From Bryobacteraceae bacterium (lineage in GTDB: Bacteria > Acidobacteriota > Terriglobia > Bryobacterales > Bryobacteraceae): a stretch of 64,000 bases of DNA. Under the pieces are notes generated by a model. It worked only from the letters and a program-made list of their open reading frames with translations, did not search any database and had not been told where the DNA came from. Shown one piece after another: positions 40,970-51,577 of this stretch. Numbering within the stretch: the first letter of the stretch is position 1; each line of letters starts with the position of its first letter. The stretch is taken from assembly GCA_965229305.1 (NCBI GenBank), contig CBDDIZ010000011.1:236-64235 (forward strand). Reading direction: 5' to 3'. The position numbers and the translations under genes were made by a program.

Positions 40970-41922
40970 TTCAGCTTGATCCAAATATCGTGGGTGCTAC
41001 ACTCGAATCGGTAGCCTCGGCAGTGCAACGGACCTACAACCGCTCGCAGGTAATACGTCTGCTCGACTTGGACGAGCGCCGCCTCCGAACCTGGGAACGC
41101 CTCAAGCTGATCCCGATCCAGGACACCTACACCTACCAGGATCTGCTCTCCCTGCGCTCGCTCCGCAAGCTCGCCGAACAAGGCATCCGCGCGGACCGTC
41201 TGCAGCGCACCTTCCGCTCCATTCGCGAACGGCTCCGCGACGTCAAGAACCCGCTCAACGAGCTCAAGTTTTTCCTCGATGGCAAACGCGTCGGCGTCCA
41301 GGGCGCCGGCTATCGCCTGGATCCGCGCACCGGCCAACTCCTCTTCGACTTTGAATCGCGCAACGTCACCGCTTTGCCGGCATCCCACGTCGCCGCCGCT
41401 GAAGAGAGCGAGAAGCGCCGTCTGCACGCCGAAGCCGAACGCCTCTTTCACCGCGCCCTTGAAGCCGAACAGGCCCATGCGCCCGTCCGCGAAGTGATGG
41501 GCGTCTACGAAGCTGCCCTCCGTTGCAATCCCGCTCTCGCGCCCGCGCTGGTCAACATCGGCACTCTCTACTTCAACGCCCGCTGTCATCGCGACGCCGA
41601 ACGTTACTACGCCCGCGCCGTCGAAGCCGACCCCGGCTATCCGCTCGCCCACTTCAATCTCGCCAACCTCTTCGACGAGCGCGGCGACCGCGTCAACGCC
41701 CTCAAGCACTACCTCAAAGCCCTCGAGCTCAACGAGGGTTACGCCGACGCCCACTACAACATTGCCCTCCTCTACCAGGGCACCGGAGACCGCCTCCGCG
41801 CCCTCCGCCACTGGAAGACCTACCTGAAGCTCGATCCCGGCTCCTCCTGGGCCCAGGTCGCCAAACGCGAACTCCACAAGCTCCGCGAGGCCACCATCAT
41901 CTCCGGCCCTAAGCGCGCCTGA
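40966..41922 (+). CDS. MerR-like HTH + TPR-repeat protein
   Basis: GTG start overlaps the rhomboid stop (GTGA). N-terminal YNRSQVIRLLDLDERRLRTWERLKLI. C-terminal TPRs (ERYYARAVEADPGYPLAHFNLANLF, KHYLKALELNEGYADAHYNIALLY). Confidence 0.6.
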   Translation: MIQLDPNIVGATLESVASAVQRTYNRSQVIRLLDLDERRLRTWERLKLIPIQDTYTYQDLLSLRSLRKLAEQGIRADRLQRTFRSIRERLRDVKNPLNELKFFLDGKRVGVQGAGYRLDPRTGQLLFDFESRNVTALPASHVAAAEESEKRRLHAEAERLFHRALEAEQAHAPVREVMGVYEAALRCNPALAPALVNIGTLYFNARCHRDAERYYARAVEADPGYPLAHFNLANLFDERGDRVNALKHYLKALELNEGYADAHYNIALLYQGTGDRLRALRHWKTYLKLDPGSSWAQVAKRELHKLREATIISGPKRA

Positions 41923-41945
41923 CCCTCCTCAAGCCAGTGATATGA

Positions 41946-43409
41946 TTGCGGCCCATGCCGCAGTTTCCCCCCTGGGACCGGGACCATCTTCCCTCCCCAC
42001 CCGACCTCAGCCGCCGCCCCTGGACCGCCCTCATCGGCCCCGGTCTCCTCATGGTCGGCGCCAACATCGGCGGCGGCGAATGGCTCTTCGGCCCCCTCGT
42101 CACCGCCCAATACGGCGGCTCCGTCATGTGGCTTGCGACCGTCTCCATCCTCCTGCAGCTCTTCTACAACCTCAGCGTCATGCGGTACACACTCTACACC
42201 GGCGAACCGGTGATGATCGGCTTCTTCCGCACTTGGCCCGGCCCTCTCTTCTGGGGCCTCTTCTACCTCAGCTTCGAATTTGGCAGCGTCTGGCCTTACC
42301 TCAGCTCGAACGCCGCCGTCCCTCTCGCCTCAGTCATCCTTGGCCGTCTTCCCGGCGCGGCCGACGCCGCGCTGGTCCGCAACCTCAGCTATGCCGTCTT
42401 TCTCACGGCCTTCGTGCCGCTCGTCTTCGGCGGCAAGATCTACACCACCCTCGAGCGCGTCATGGTCGCCAAGCTGACGCTCATCCTCGCTTACCTTTCC
42501 TTCGTCACCATCTTCTTTGTCAGCGCCACCACGTGGAAAGAGATCGGCGTCGGCCTCGTTCAATTTGGCCAACTCCCCGCCGGCGACTTCAACTGGGCCA
42601 CGCTTGCGGCCTTTGCCGCCATCGCCGGCGCCGGTGGTCTCACCAACATGGGCTTCTCCAACTACGCGCGCGATAAGGGTTGGGGCATGGGCGCGCAAAC
42701 CGGCGCCATTCCCAGCGCCATCGGCGGACGCTCCATCAAGCTCTCGCACACCGGCAAAGTCTTTGACCTCGGCCCCGAATCGCTCGCGCGCTGGCGTGGC
42801 TGGCTGCGCCACATCCGCCGCGATCAACTCCTGCTCTGGGCTCCCGGCTGCATCCTCGGCGTCGCCCTGCCCGCTATGTTCTCGCTCGAGTTCATCCGCG
42901 GGATCAAGAACGTCGATGGCAACGCCGTGGCCGCCATCACCGCCCAAGGCATCGCGGACCGTCACGGCGTCATCTTCTGGTACCTCACGCTGCTCTGCGG
43001 CTTCCTCATCATGGCCCCCACCCAGGTCAGCCAACTGGATGCCATCTGCCGCCGCTGGACGGACGTCCTTTGGGTCGGCTCCAAGACCCTCCACCGCCGC
43101 GAAGGTCACGAAGTCAAATACGTCTACTACGCCATCCTCGCCGCCTATGGCGTCTGGGGCCTGGTCGCTCTCCGCATGACTCCGGACCCGCTCGTGCTCG
43201 CCATTGCCAGCGGCGTCATGATGAACTTCGCCCTCGGCTTCTCGGCGCTCCACACCCTCTACGCTTTGCTGGTCTTGCTGCCGAAGCCGCTCCGACCCGG
43301 CTTCGTCCTGTGTGCCGGCCTGGTGCTCTGCGCCGTGTTTTATCTGGGAATATCGGTGATCGCCTTCGCCCAGCAATGGCCGAAAGTGCGCGTCTGGCTA
43401 GGTGTGTGA
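41946..43409 (+). CDS. Polytopic membrane transporter, Nramp-family-like
   Basis: About 11 hydrophobic helices. GPGLLMVGANIGGGE aligns with the Nramp GPGxL..DPGN region, but DPGN is not conserved. TTG start at 41946; first ATG at 41955. Confidence 0.45.
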   Translation: MRPMPQFPPWDRDHLPSPPDLSRRPWTALIGPGLLMVGANIGGGEWLFGPLVTAQYGGSVMWLATVSILLQLFYNLSVMRYTLYTGEPVMIGFFRTWPGPLFWGLFYLSFEFGSVWPYLSSNAAVPLASVILGRLPGAADAALVRNLSYAVFLTAFVPLVFGGKIYTTLERVMVAKLTLILAYLSFVTIFFVSATTWKEIGVGLVQFGQLPAGDFNWATLAAFAAIAGAGGLTNMGFSNYARDKGWGMGAQTGAIPSAIGGRSIKLSHTGKVFDLGPESLARWRGWLRHIRRDQLLLWAPGCILGVALPAMFSLEFIRGIKNVDGNAVAAITAQGIADRHGVIFWYLTLLCGFLIMAPTQVSQLDAICRRWTDVLWVGSKTLHRREGHEVKYVYYAILAAYGVWGLVALRMTPDPLVLAIASGVMMNFALGFSALHTLYALLVLLPKPLRPGFVLCAGLVLCAVFYLGISVIAFAQQWPKVRVWLGV

Positions 43410-44588
43410 CCGCGAGGTTCGCATCGACAGGACCATCGCCAGCGTCAGCAGCGTCACCGCGAACCCCGTCCAGTACGGCGCGCTCGGTGCCAGCGCATCG
43501 AACGTCAAACCCGCCCACAACGGACCCACCACCCGCGACAAGCTTGCCAGCGACTGGTTCACGCCCATCACCGCGCCTTGCTCGGTCTCCGCCGCCTGCT
43601 GACTCAGCAAACCCTGCAGCGCCGGCACCGCCACGCCGCTCCCCAGCGACAACAGCGTCAACGCACCGTACAGATAGCCCGGCCCTGGCGCAAAGATCAG
43701 CGCCAGAAAGCCCAGCGCACCCAACACGAGCGCGCCATGAATCAGCTTCCGCTCGCCAAACATCGGCATCAGACGCCGAATCAGCCCGCCCTGAATGATC
43801 GTCACCATCACGCCCAGATAGCTCAACAGGAGCCCGTTCTGCCGCTCATTCAAGCTGAACTTCGCGAGCGTATACACCGCAAAATGGCTCTGCAGGCCGC
43901 TATACGCAAAGCTCAACGCAAACCCCGCCCACAACAGCCGGCTAAACCGCGGCCGCTTCAGCGCCGCGCCGATCGCCTTGAACGGATTCAGATGGCTCCA
44001 CTGCAACGGCGTTGTCGTCCGCCGCTCCGGCGGCAGCGACTCCGGCAGAAAGAAGTAGCTCAACACGGTCGTCACCAGCGCCAGCCCGCCGGCGGCAAAC
44101 GCCGGCGCCTGCAAACTGGTGTTCGCCAGCAATCCTCCGATCGCCGGTCCCATCATGAAGCCCAACCCGAACGCCGCACCAATCAGCCCGAACGACTTTG
44201 CGCGATCTTCCGGCGGCGTCACGTCGGCAATGTAGGCCTGCGCGGCCGAGATATTGCCGCCCGTGATCCCGTCCAGAATGCGCGCCGCAAACATCACCGC
44301 CAGGTTCGGCGCCAAGCCGAACAGGAAGTGCCCGATGGCCGTGCCAAACAGGCTCACCAGCAGGACGGGCCGCCGGCCATAACGGTCGGAAAGCGCGCCC
44401 AGCACGGGCGTCATCAGGAATTGCGCGGCGGAAAACACCAACACCAGCAGCCCCACCGTCAGCGCATCGCTGCGGAAGTGGCGCACCAGGTAAGGGGTGA
44501 TTGGAATCAGAATCCCGACGCCGAGCAAATCGAGGAACAGCGTCAGAAAGATCAGGGCAAGTGGACGGCGGTTCGACAGAGCTTCCAT
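43398..44588 (-). CDS. MFS transporter (DHA1/TetA-like)
   Basis: 12 TM helices. Motif [15 protein letters not shown]. Confidence 0.85.
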   Translation of the reverse strand: MEALSNRRPLALIFLTLFLDLLGVGILIPITPYLVRHFRSDALTVGLLVLVFSAAQFLMTPVLGALSDRYGRRPVLLVSLFGTAIGHFLFGLAPNLAVMFAARILDGITGGNISAAQAYIADVTPPEDRAKSFGLIGAAFGLGFMMGPAIGGLLANTSLQAPAFAAGGLALVTTVLSYFFLPESLPPERRTTTPLQWSHLNPFKAIGAALKRPRFSRLLWAGFALSFAYSGLQSHFAVYTLAKFSLNERQNGLLLSYLGVMVTIIQGGLIRRLMPMFGERKLIHGALVLGALGFLALIFAPGPGYLYGALTLLSLGSGVAVPALQGLLSQQAAETEQGAVMGVNQSLASLSRVVGPLWAGLTFDALAPSAPYWTGFAVTLLTLAMVLSMRTSRSHT

Positions 44589-44643
44589 TGTCGCAGGATT
44601 GTCCGCGCCCCAGCCACGTCACCCGATTCCCACAAAGCGCATA

Positions 44644-45153
44644 ATGAAAGCGATGCGTCTTCTGTTTGCTCTTGCTTCTTTCACCTGCCTGTTGATGGCC
44701 CAAGCGCCGGCGGTTCGCCGTGCCCCCAGCTTTGCTCTGCCCGACCAGAACGGTCAGTTCCATGACCTGGTCGATTACCGCGGCAAAGTCGTGATCGTTG
44801 AAATCATGAAGACCTCCTGCCCCCACTGCAAGGCGTTTACCAGCGTCCTGGAAAAGCTGAAAGCCAAGTATCCCGGCAAGCTCGAGGTCCTTTCGATCGT
44901 CAACCCGCCCGACACCCGCGAAGCCATGCTGGCCTACGTGGGCGAAACCAAAAGCACCTCGCCGCTGCTCTTCGACATGGGGCAGGTCGCCTATTCCTAC
45001 GTGCGCTCCGGCCGCGTCGAACTGCCCCGCGTTTTCCTTGTTGACCAGCAGGGTATGATCCGGGGCGACGTCAGCTATACCGACGCCACCAAACCGTTCT
45101 TCGAAAAGGGCGGAGTGATCACCGAGGTTGATAAACTCTTCGCCAGAAAGTAG
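44644..45153 (+). CDS. Secreted thioredoxin-fold protein (TlpA/redoxin-like)
   Basis: Signal peptide MKAMRLLFALASFTCLLMAQA. CPHC active site in the context GKVVIVEIMKTSCPHCKAF. Confidence 0.8.
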   Translation: MKAMRLLFALASFTCLLMAQAPAVRRAPSFALPDQNGQFHDLVDYRGKVVIVEIMKTSCPHCKAFTSVLEKLKAKYPGKLEVLSIVNPPDTREAMLAYVGETKSTSPLLFDMGQVAYSYVRSGRVELPRVFLVDQQGMIRGDVSYTDATKPFFEKGGVITEVDKLFARK

Positions 45154-45156
45154 CCA

Positions 45157-46386
45157 TTGACGCCCAAGGCCACATTCCGCCTGGTGGCCTGTTTCATCGG
45201 GCTTCTGCCGCTGCTGGCCATCGATGACCTGCACCCGGCCGTTCGCGCTGGCGATCTGGAGAAGGTTCGCGCCTTGCTCAAGGCCGGTGCGAACGTCAAC
45301 ACCCGGGACTCGCTCGGGGGCACGCCTCTGCACGACGCCGCCTGGGCCGGCGACCTCGACATGGTCGACCTTCTGCTCGACGCCCACGCCGACCCCAATG
45401 CTGCCCACAGCGAAGGCGGCTCCTCGCCCCTCCACTACGCCATCCTCACCAACCACCTCGACGTCGCCCGCCGCCTCCTCGAACGCGGCGCCAACCCCAA
45501 GCAGAGATACCGCGGCGGATCCACCGCCCTTCACCTTGCCGCCAGTCGCGGCCACACCGAAATCGTTCTGCTCCTGCTCCAGGGTGGTGTGCCGGTCAAC
45601 GTCGCCGATGGCACCGGCTCCACCGCGCTCGACGAAGCCGCCTGGCGCGGCCACACCGAAATCGTCCGGTTGCTGCTCAAACGCGGCGCCAACCCCAAGG
45701 TAAAGAACACCGAAACCGGGTCCACGCCCCTTCACGAGGCCGCCGTCAAAGGCCACACCGAAATCGTCGCGCTCCTCCTCGATGCCGGCGCCGAACTCAC
45801 CGCCAAGGATCTCTCCGGCTCTACCGCCCTCGACGAGGCTATCCGTCATCAACACACCAAAGTCGTCGATCTGCTGATTCAGCGCGGGGCCAAGATCACC
45901 GGAGCCACCGGCAACGATGCGCTCAAACAGCTCGAACAAGCCGTCCTGCGCGGCCAGGGCGACATCGTCACCCTCCTCCTGGACCGCGGCGCCAGCGCTG
46001 ACTCCCGCACCTCCTCCGGCTCCACCCTGCTTCACGACGCCGCCCTCAAAGGTCACCGCGACGTCGCCGCCTTGCTGCTCGATCGCGGAGCCCACGTCAA
46101 CGCGCGTAACTCTGCCGGCGCCAACGCCTTACACGATGCCGCTCTCGCCGGCCAAGCCGCCACCGCCGCCCTGCTCATCGACCGCGGCGCCGACCCCAAC
46201 GTCACTGACCTCGAAACCGGCGCCACCCCCCTTCATCTCGCCGCCAGTTGGGGACGCCTCGCCGTGGTCGACCTTCTCCTCGAACGCGGCGCCGACCCCC
46301 GCCGGAAGAACCGCTCCGGCCAAACGCCGCTCGACCTGGCCGTCGCCGCCAACCAGGCCGAAGTCGTCGCCCGCCTCCGCCGGTAA
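45157..46386 (+). CDS. Ankyrin-repeat protein (about 11 repeats)
   Basis: Repeated G.TPLH.AA..GH..IV.LLL..GA.. units. TTG start, so the start is uncertain. Confidence 0.85.
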   Translation: MTPKATFRLVACFIGLLPLLAIDDLHPAVRAGDLEKVRALLKAGANVNTRDSLGGTPLHDAAWAGDLDMVDLLLDAHADPNAAHSEGGSSPLHYAILTNHLDVARRLLERGANPKQRYRGGSTALHLAASRGHTEIVLLLLQGGVPVNVADGTGSTALDEAAWRGHTEIVRLLLKRGANPKVKNTETGSTPLHEAAVKGHTEIVALLLDAGAELTAKDLSGSTALDEAIRHQHTKVVDLLIQRGAKITGATGNDALKQLEQAVLRGQGDIVTLLLDRGASADSRTSSGSTLLHDAALKGHRDVAALLLDRGAHVNARNSAGANALHDAALAGQAATAALLIDRGADPNVTDLETGATPLHLAASWGRLAVVDLLLERGADPRRKNRSGQTPLDLAVAANQAEVVARLRR

Positions 46387-46525
46387 ACACCCTACGTCCT
46401 TCTCGGGAATCTCCCCTAAGTCCCTGCTTTTCTTACTCATCTGCCTCGGTTTCCTTAGTCGCTGTCCCCCAAAAGGTGTGCGGCGAGCCTAAAGACTTGA
46501 CCTTAGCGAACCGATGAGGTGCTAA

Positions 46526-48271
46526 GTGCGAGGATCCAATTTGGTTGCGATGCGTTCCACGTCCCCCGTTCTGGCCGACGCGGCGCACGTGCTCACGGAC
46601 GAGTTGCTCAGCCATCTCACCAAGCTTGGCCGCGTGCTGACCGGGCAGCTCGATTCGCTCGAGCGCAAGTACCTGGCCCGCCTCGAAAAGGCGAATCACG
46701 ACGCCAAACAGCGTCGCGCGCTCGCGTTCATCACCCTGGGCGCGGCTCTCCGCTTCGTTAAGGCCGGCACGGATCGGCCCCTGTTCGCTTTCCTCGAACA
46801 GGTGGAGTACAACGGCCGCCGGCTCGCCAAGCTCAATCTGCACCCCAGCCTCGTGATGAAGGCTCTTGCTGAATACGACCGTCTGCTCGAAGAGGTGCTC
46901 GGCGAATCCGCCGCCCGCTTCGGCTGGGCCCGCGAACAGATTCACTTCTGTGTCGTCCTCACGCTCAACAACTCGTACTTCCACGTGCGCGAAGCCGAAA
47001 CCGCCGCGCACTCCGAGCTCTTCCACATCGAAATCGAATCACGCAGCCTGAAAGACCTGCTCGGCGGCTCTATGGCGGTGCTCGCCAGCTACTGCCGCGC
47101 CGACATCGCCGAAGTCTATCTGTTCGACGAAGCCAACGAGCGTTGGATGCCGCAGATGGAGCCTGCCCGCCCCACTGCCGCGGCTACCAAGACACGCAAG
47201 CAGGTGGGCAAGCCCTTCTGCACCGTGAACACGCCGGAGGCTCGGCCGCATCCCGGCGTGCTGGACCCGTCCTGGCACGGGCGCTTCGAGACCTGCTGGT
47301 CGATGCCCCTGGTGCTGGGCAAGCGCCTCGCCGGCGTGATGCAGTTCGGTTTCGAGAAGCCTTATGAATGGCTGCCCCGCGAACAGGATCTGCTCGCCCT
47401 GGTCGCCGAACGCTGTCTGCTTGGGGCTGAAAAGGTCAAACTCATGCAGGACCTCGCCGAGAGCGAAGAACAGGTCCGCCAACTTGCCTCCCGCATGTTG
47501 CAGGTCGAAGAAGTGGAGCGCCGGCGCATCAGCCGCGAACTCCACGACGAAACCGGCCAGTCGATGCTCTGCATCCGCCTGCAGCTCGAAATGGCCGAAA
47601 AGATTCTGGAAAGCGCCGCCAACCTTGCGGAGATCGAACCCGGCATTCGCAAGGTGAAAGAGGTGCGCGAGATGACCGAGACCACCATTCTCGAAATCCG
47701 CCGCCTGATTGCCGCCTTGAGCCCCGCCGTGCTCGAGCAGCTCGGTCTCGCCCCCGGTCTGCGCCAATTGGCCAGCCGCTTCCAGCGTGCCCACGGCGCT
47801 CAGATTTATTTGCGCACCGGCCGTCTCGGCCCGGTGCCGAAGCAAACCGAAAGCATCGTGTACCGCCTGGTGCAGGAATGCATTAACAACATCGGCAAAC
47901 ATTCGCACGCCGAGAACGTAAACATTTCCGTCCAATCCGCCGATCACCTCCTACAGTTGAGTGTCGAGGATGACGGCGTTGGATTTTGCGTCGAGGAGGC
48001 GTTTAGTAAACGTGACTCCTACGGATTGGCAGGTCTTCGCGAACGCGTAGCTCTGCTGGGTGGTGTGTGCATTGTGGAGAGCCGCCAGCGGTCGGCTGTG
48101 AAGGCAAGCCCGAACGCGAAGTCCGCCCCGAAGCGGCGGTCGCTCGATCCCCACGACTTGTGGAATACGAGCGCCAGCGGCACCCGGATCCGGATCGAGA
48201 TACCGATCCCTGTCGAAACGGCGGGATTGGCGCGAGATTCAGTGGCTGCGACAACTTGGCAGGCCGGTTAA
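46526..48271 (+). CDS. Sensor histidine kinase (GAF-like + HisKA_3 + HATPase_c), NarL-type partner
   Basis: H-box ISRELHDETGQSM, N-box ECINNIGKHS, VEDDGVGF, GLAGLRERVALLGG. Alternative ATG at 46550. Confidence 0.85.
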   Translation: MRGSNLVAMRSTSPVLADAAHVLTDELLSHLTKLGRVLTGQLDSLERKYLARLEKANHDAKQRRALAFITLGAALRFVKAGTDRPLFAFLEQVEYNGRRLAKLNLHPSLVMKALAEYDRLLEEVLGESAARFGWAREQIHFCVVLTLNNSYFHVREAETAAHSELFHIEIESRSLKDLLGGSMAVLASYCRADIAEVYLFDEANERWMPQMEPARPTAAATKTRKQVGKPFCTVNTPEARPHPGVLDPSWHGRFETCWSMPLVLGKRLAGVMQFGFEKPYEWLPREQDLLALVAERCLLGAEKVKLMQDLAESEEQVRQLASRMLQVEEVERRRISRELHDETGQSMLCIRLQLEMAEKILESAANLAEIEPGIRKVKEVREMTETTILEIRRLIAALSPAVLEQLGLAPGLRQLASRFQRAHGAQIYLRTGRLGPVPKQTESIVYRLVQECINNIGKHSHAENVNISVQSADHLLQLSVEDDGVGFCVEEAFSKRDSYGLAGLRERVALLGGVCIVESRQRSAVKASPNAKSAPKRRSLDPHDLWNTSASGTRIRIEIPIPVETAGLARDSVAATTWQAG

Positions 48272-48307
48272 CCGGGCCGGCGATTCAGAAAGAGAGATTA
48301 AAACAAG

Positions 48308-48973
48308 ATGGCCAAAATTCGAATTCTGTTGGCGGACGACCATACCCTGTTCCGTCAAGGTATTAAAACTCTCATCAATGCCGAAGCGGACATGGAGGTC
48401 GTTGGCGAAGCCGCCAACGGAGGAGACGCTGTCGATAAGGCCGGCGAAGTACGCCCGGACCTCGTCCTGATGGACATCGGCATGCCCGGCCTGTCCAGCT
48501 TCGAGGCGACGCGCCAGATCAAAAAGAATCGGCCCGAAACCAAGGTTTTGCTGCTCACCATGTACGACGACGAGGATTATCTCGTCGAAGGCATGGAAGT
48601 GGGCGCCAGCGGCTACGTCCTCAAGGACAGCCCCACCCAACAACTGGTCGCGGCCATCCGCGACATCTGCCGTGGCGGCAGCTACCTCAGCCCGCGCATG
48701 CTCTCGCAGTTGGTTGACGACTTCCGCACCCGCATCAAGAGCGCGAACCGCCTGCCCCGCTTCGCCACGCTCACCACGCGCGAACGCGAAGTGCTCAAGC
48801 TGCTCGCTGAAGGCAATTCGGTGAAGGAAATCGCCTGCGACCTGAACCTGAGCGTCAAGACCGTTGAAGCTCACAAGTTCAACCTGATGCGCAAGCTCGA
48901 TATCCACAACAAGGCGCAACTGGTGCAGTACGCCATCCAGAAGAAGATCATCAAGATCCCCAACCTCGTCTAG
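48308..48973 (+). CDS. NarL/LuxR-family response regulator
   Basis: Receiver domain (ILLADDH, DLVLMDIGMPG). LuxR HTH (LTTREREVLKLLAEGNSVKEIACDLNLSVKTVEAHKFNLMRKL). Confidence 0.9.
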   Translation: MAKIRILLADDHTLFRQGIKTLINAEADMEVVGEAANGGDAVDKAGEVRPDLVLMDIGMPGLSSFEATRQIKKNRPETKVLLLTMYDDEDYLVEGMEVGASGYVLKDSPTQQLVAAIRDICRGGSYLSPRMLSQLVDDFRTRIKSANRLPRFATLTTREREVLKLLAEGNSVKEIACDLNLSVKTVEAHKFNLMRKLDIHNKAQLVQYAIQKKIIKIPNLV

Positions 48974-49049
48974 TTTTTTGTCCGCTGGTAGCTGGAGTGT
49001 CTCACGAAGGGGCCCGAAATGGGCCCTTTCGGCGTTACAATCAGGCCAG

Positions 49050-49946
49050 ATGACTCCCCTTTCGCGCCGTTCTCTGCTCGCTTCCGCCTTGGCCGCTCCG
49101 GCCGCCCTCTCCGCCGCTCCCCGCCTGCCCATCAAAAAGGCCGTGCTGCTCTCGATGCTGCCGGCGGACCTGAGCTTCAACGAGCGTTTCCAACTCGCCG
49201 CCGACTGCGGCTTCGAACAGGTAGAGGCGTACACCGTGGCCGACGAGAAGACAGCCGAGGAGATTAAGAAGGCCTCCGACCTCGCGAAGGTGCCGATTCA
49301 CTCGGTCATGAATTCGGACCATTGGAAGTTCCCCCTCTCCTCGCCCGACCCCGAAGTCGTCGCCAAGTGCCGCACCGGCATGGAAACCAGCATCCGCAAT
49401 GCGAAGCTCTGGGGCGCCGAGACCGTGCTCCTGGTGCCTGCGGTGGTGGATGCCAAGACCAGCTACGCCGATGCCTGGAAGCGTTCGCAGGCCGAGATCC
49501 GCAAGATGATCCCGCTGGCCAAGGAGTCGAAGGTCATCATCGCCGTGGAAGAGGTCTGGAACAAGTTCCTCACCAGCCCGCTCGAGTTCGCGCGTTACGT
49601 CGACGAGTTCAAGAGCCCTTGGGTCCGCGCTTACTTCGACGTCGGCAACGTGGTGCTGTTCGGCTTCCCGCAGGACTGGATCCGGACGCTCGGCCCGCGC
49701 ATCGTCAAGCTGCACATCAAGGACTTCCGCTTCAAGGCCACGCCGACTTCCGGCGGCAAGAACGTCGCCGACTTCTGCGACCTGCGCGAAGGCCAGATCG
49801 ATTGGCCCGAGATCTACAAAGCCCTCGCCGAGATTGGCTACAAGGGAAGCGCCACTGTCGAGTTGGGCCGCGGCGATAAGGCCAAGCTCACCGAGATCAG
49901 CCGGCGCTTTGACCTGATCCTGACGGGTGCTCCGCTCGGCTCGTAA
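49050..49946 (+). CDS. Sugar phosphate isomerase/epimerase (xylose-isomerase-like TIM barrel) with Tat-like signal
   Basis: SRRSLLASALAAPAALSA. TIM-barrel motifs IAVEEVWNKF, YFDVGNV, HIKDF. Confidence 0.8.
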   Translation: MTPLSRRSLLASALAAPAALSAAPRLPIKKAVLLSMLPADLSFNERFQLAADCGFEQVEAYTVADEKTAEEIKKASDLAKVPIHSVMNSDHWKFPLSSPDPEVVAKCRTGMETSIRNAKLWGAETVLLVPAVVDAKTSYADAWKRSQAEIRKMIPLAKESKVIIAVEEVWNKFLTSPLEFARYVDEFKSPWVRAYFDVGNVVLFGFPQDWIRTLGPRIVKLHIKDFRFKATPTSGGKNVADFCDLREGQIDWPEIYKALAEIGYKGSATVELGRGDKAKLTEISRRFDLILTGAPLGS

Positions 49947-50110
49947 ACTCGCGCGTCAAGGCAGCCCGTCACCTTAGCGACGGCGAAGCTCGGCGTCGGC
50001 CGCCTCGCCCAGTACAAAGCAACGGCCTGCCAGCACACCCGAGACATACGGATGCCGCGGGTTCTCCCCGCCATGGGTAGCCGCTACATGGACTGGCGAT
50101 CAGGCACGCG
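49897..50110 (-). pseudogene. Decayed, internally deleted copy of the qhpE (small subtilisin) gene
   Basis: Matches 51528-~51622 and then ~52035-52153 of the intact gene, so about 410 bp are missing. Residual translation contains FAVAKVTGCLDAR versus FAVANVTGCLAREL. The start codon is lost. Confidence 0.6.
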
Positions 50111-50474
50111 GTTAAGCGTTTCCCCACGGTCGGGCGCTACGCCGCGTTTGGATAAAGGGCGCACTGGTGGCATGTAGTCGGATCGCTGGCCGCACGCAAA
50201 GCAGTCCGTTGGCCGGGAAATCTCAACGGCAATCCGCCATCAAGGCAAGCGGCTTCGCGAACTCGGCGTAGCTGTTCGAAGTACTGCAAGATGCGCTTGA
50301 CTCCTTTGGCGTCGCCACGCCGGAGCCCAAAAGGAAAAGACCCCGGCGCAAGAGAGCTTCTCGGACTGAAGGCTTCCTCGGCCGCAACTGACTTTCGGTT
50401 TTAAAAGATCCTGCGAGCGGGCTGGACAGACTGGCGTCGGAACTGCCGCTCACGCGCGCGAACGAACGAGGCGA

Positions 50475-51230
50475 ACAACAGGGCGGCCAGGGCCGCGCGA
50501 AGGTCCGGAAGAACGCTTGGGTTCCCCCGAGAACCTGAGAGGCGAGTTCGTTTGTTTTGAGCGAGATCGCCGGGTTTGTTTTCTAACTTTTATTCTTCGG
50601 GCGGGTGGTTTTTGAGGTTGCGGGCGAAGTGGGTGAGGTGACGCGGCGTGTCGAGGCTGACGGGGTGGGGGGGCGCCAGCCACGATGTGAGGCGACGATG
50701 TCGTCGACGAGTTCGCAGATCTGTTCGAAGGAGGCCGGGTTGTCTCCTTCGAGGACGGCGTTGATGGCGTCGTTGATCAGGGGCCAGAGATGCTCCTGGG
50801 TGGGGGAGTCAGTGGGATGGCTTTTGACGAGGACCACACGGTGGTCCGGGTGGTTGGCCTGGAGCTCTTCTTCGTACGCGCGGCGGCGTGCTTCGCGCCG
50901 CTTTTCGAGTTCGGCGTCAGTTAGAAGGACCCAGTGGCGTCCGGAACTGAAGTCCGGGACGGGCAGCGAATCGTAGTCGAAGTCAGTGTAACGAGTCATG
51001 ACGGAGTTCTCCGAGGGTGAGAGTAACAGGTCACTTCGGATCTCCGGCCCGGCCGTGGGGCTCCGGTCCTTTGCCTTCAGGGAGTTACGAGAAACGAATT
51101 CTTCGTGACCGGGGAATGGCGGCGCGTCGGAGGGTGAGCGACTTCGATCCCGCGGGAGCGTTTTTGCGGGCACCGGTTAAGGGGGAGAGGGGAGAAGGTG
51201 GCGGCGGCGTGGGAACGGGCGCGGTCGGGG
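50475..51230 (-). repeat. Repeat R, copy 1 (~0.75 kb; intact ORF)
   Basis: Aligns by eye along its length with 60516-61237 in the same orientation. Includes the ORF, ~100 bp of 3' non-coding sequence and ~230 bp of 5' region. Confidence 0.85.
50583..50999 (-). CDS. Hypothetical protein of repeat R (138 aa), family not recognised
   Basis: ATG at 50999 is preceded by GGAGAACTCCGTC. Sequence MTRYTDFDYDSLPVPDFSSGRHWVLLTDAELEKRREARRRAYEEELQ... A second, frameshifted copy lies at 60625-61040. Confidence 0.5.
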   Translation of the reverse strand: MTRYTDFDYDSLPVPDFSSGRHWVLLTDAELEKRREARRRAYEEELQANHPDHRVVLVKSHPTDSPTQEHLWPLINDAINAVLEGDNPASFEQICELVDDIVASHRGWRPPTPSASTRRVTSPTSPATSKTTRPKNKS

Positions 51231-51381
51231 TCTGTGTGGAACTGGCCGCCGTGGGTTTGTTGCGGAGTCAGTTCCGTAGGAACTAGTTGCATGGGTTCTT
51301 CTATCTTCCACGTGATGCAGCGTGTAGCCCTTTGGCGTGTCGGATAGTCCTACTGCTTGGTTAGCCAGCGCCGAATCCTTT

Positions 51382-51577
51382 GGCGGCAAGAACGTCGCCG
51401 ACTTCTGCGACCTGCGCGAAGGTCAGATCGATTGGCCCTGAGATCTACAAAGCCCTCGCCGAGATTGGCTACAAGGGAAGCGCCACTGTCGAACTGGGCC
51501 GCGGCGATAAGGCCAAGCTCACCGAGATCAGCCGGCGCTTTGACCTGATCCTGACTGGCGCTCCGCTCGGCTCGTAA
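51382..51577 (+). pseudogene. Duplicated 3' fragment of the sugar phosphate isomerase gene
   Basis: Near-identical to 49752-49946. I counted about six differences, including a 1-nt insertion at 51439 that creates an in-frame TGA. There is no 5' part of the gene. Confidence 0.8.

Noticed and set aside
49838-50074. 78-aa minus-strand ORF downstream of the isomerase gene
   Set aside because: It is residual reading frame of the decayed, internally deleted qhpE copy and lacks the catalytic Asp and His regions.
51380-51577. 65-aa ORF (MAARTSPTSATCAKVRSIGPEIYKALAEIGYKG...) as a possible small gene
   Set aside because: It is the duplicated 3' fragment of the isomerase gene read after a frameshifting insertion. 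It has no promoter or 5' part of its own.
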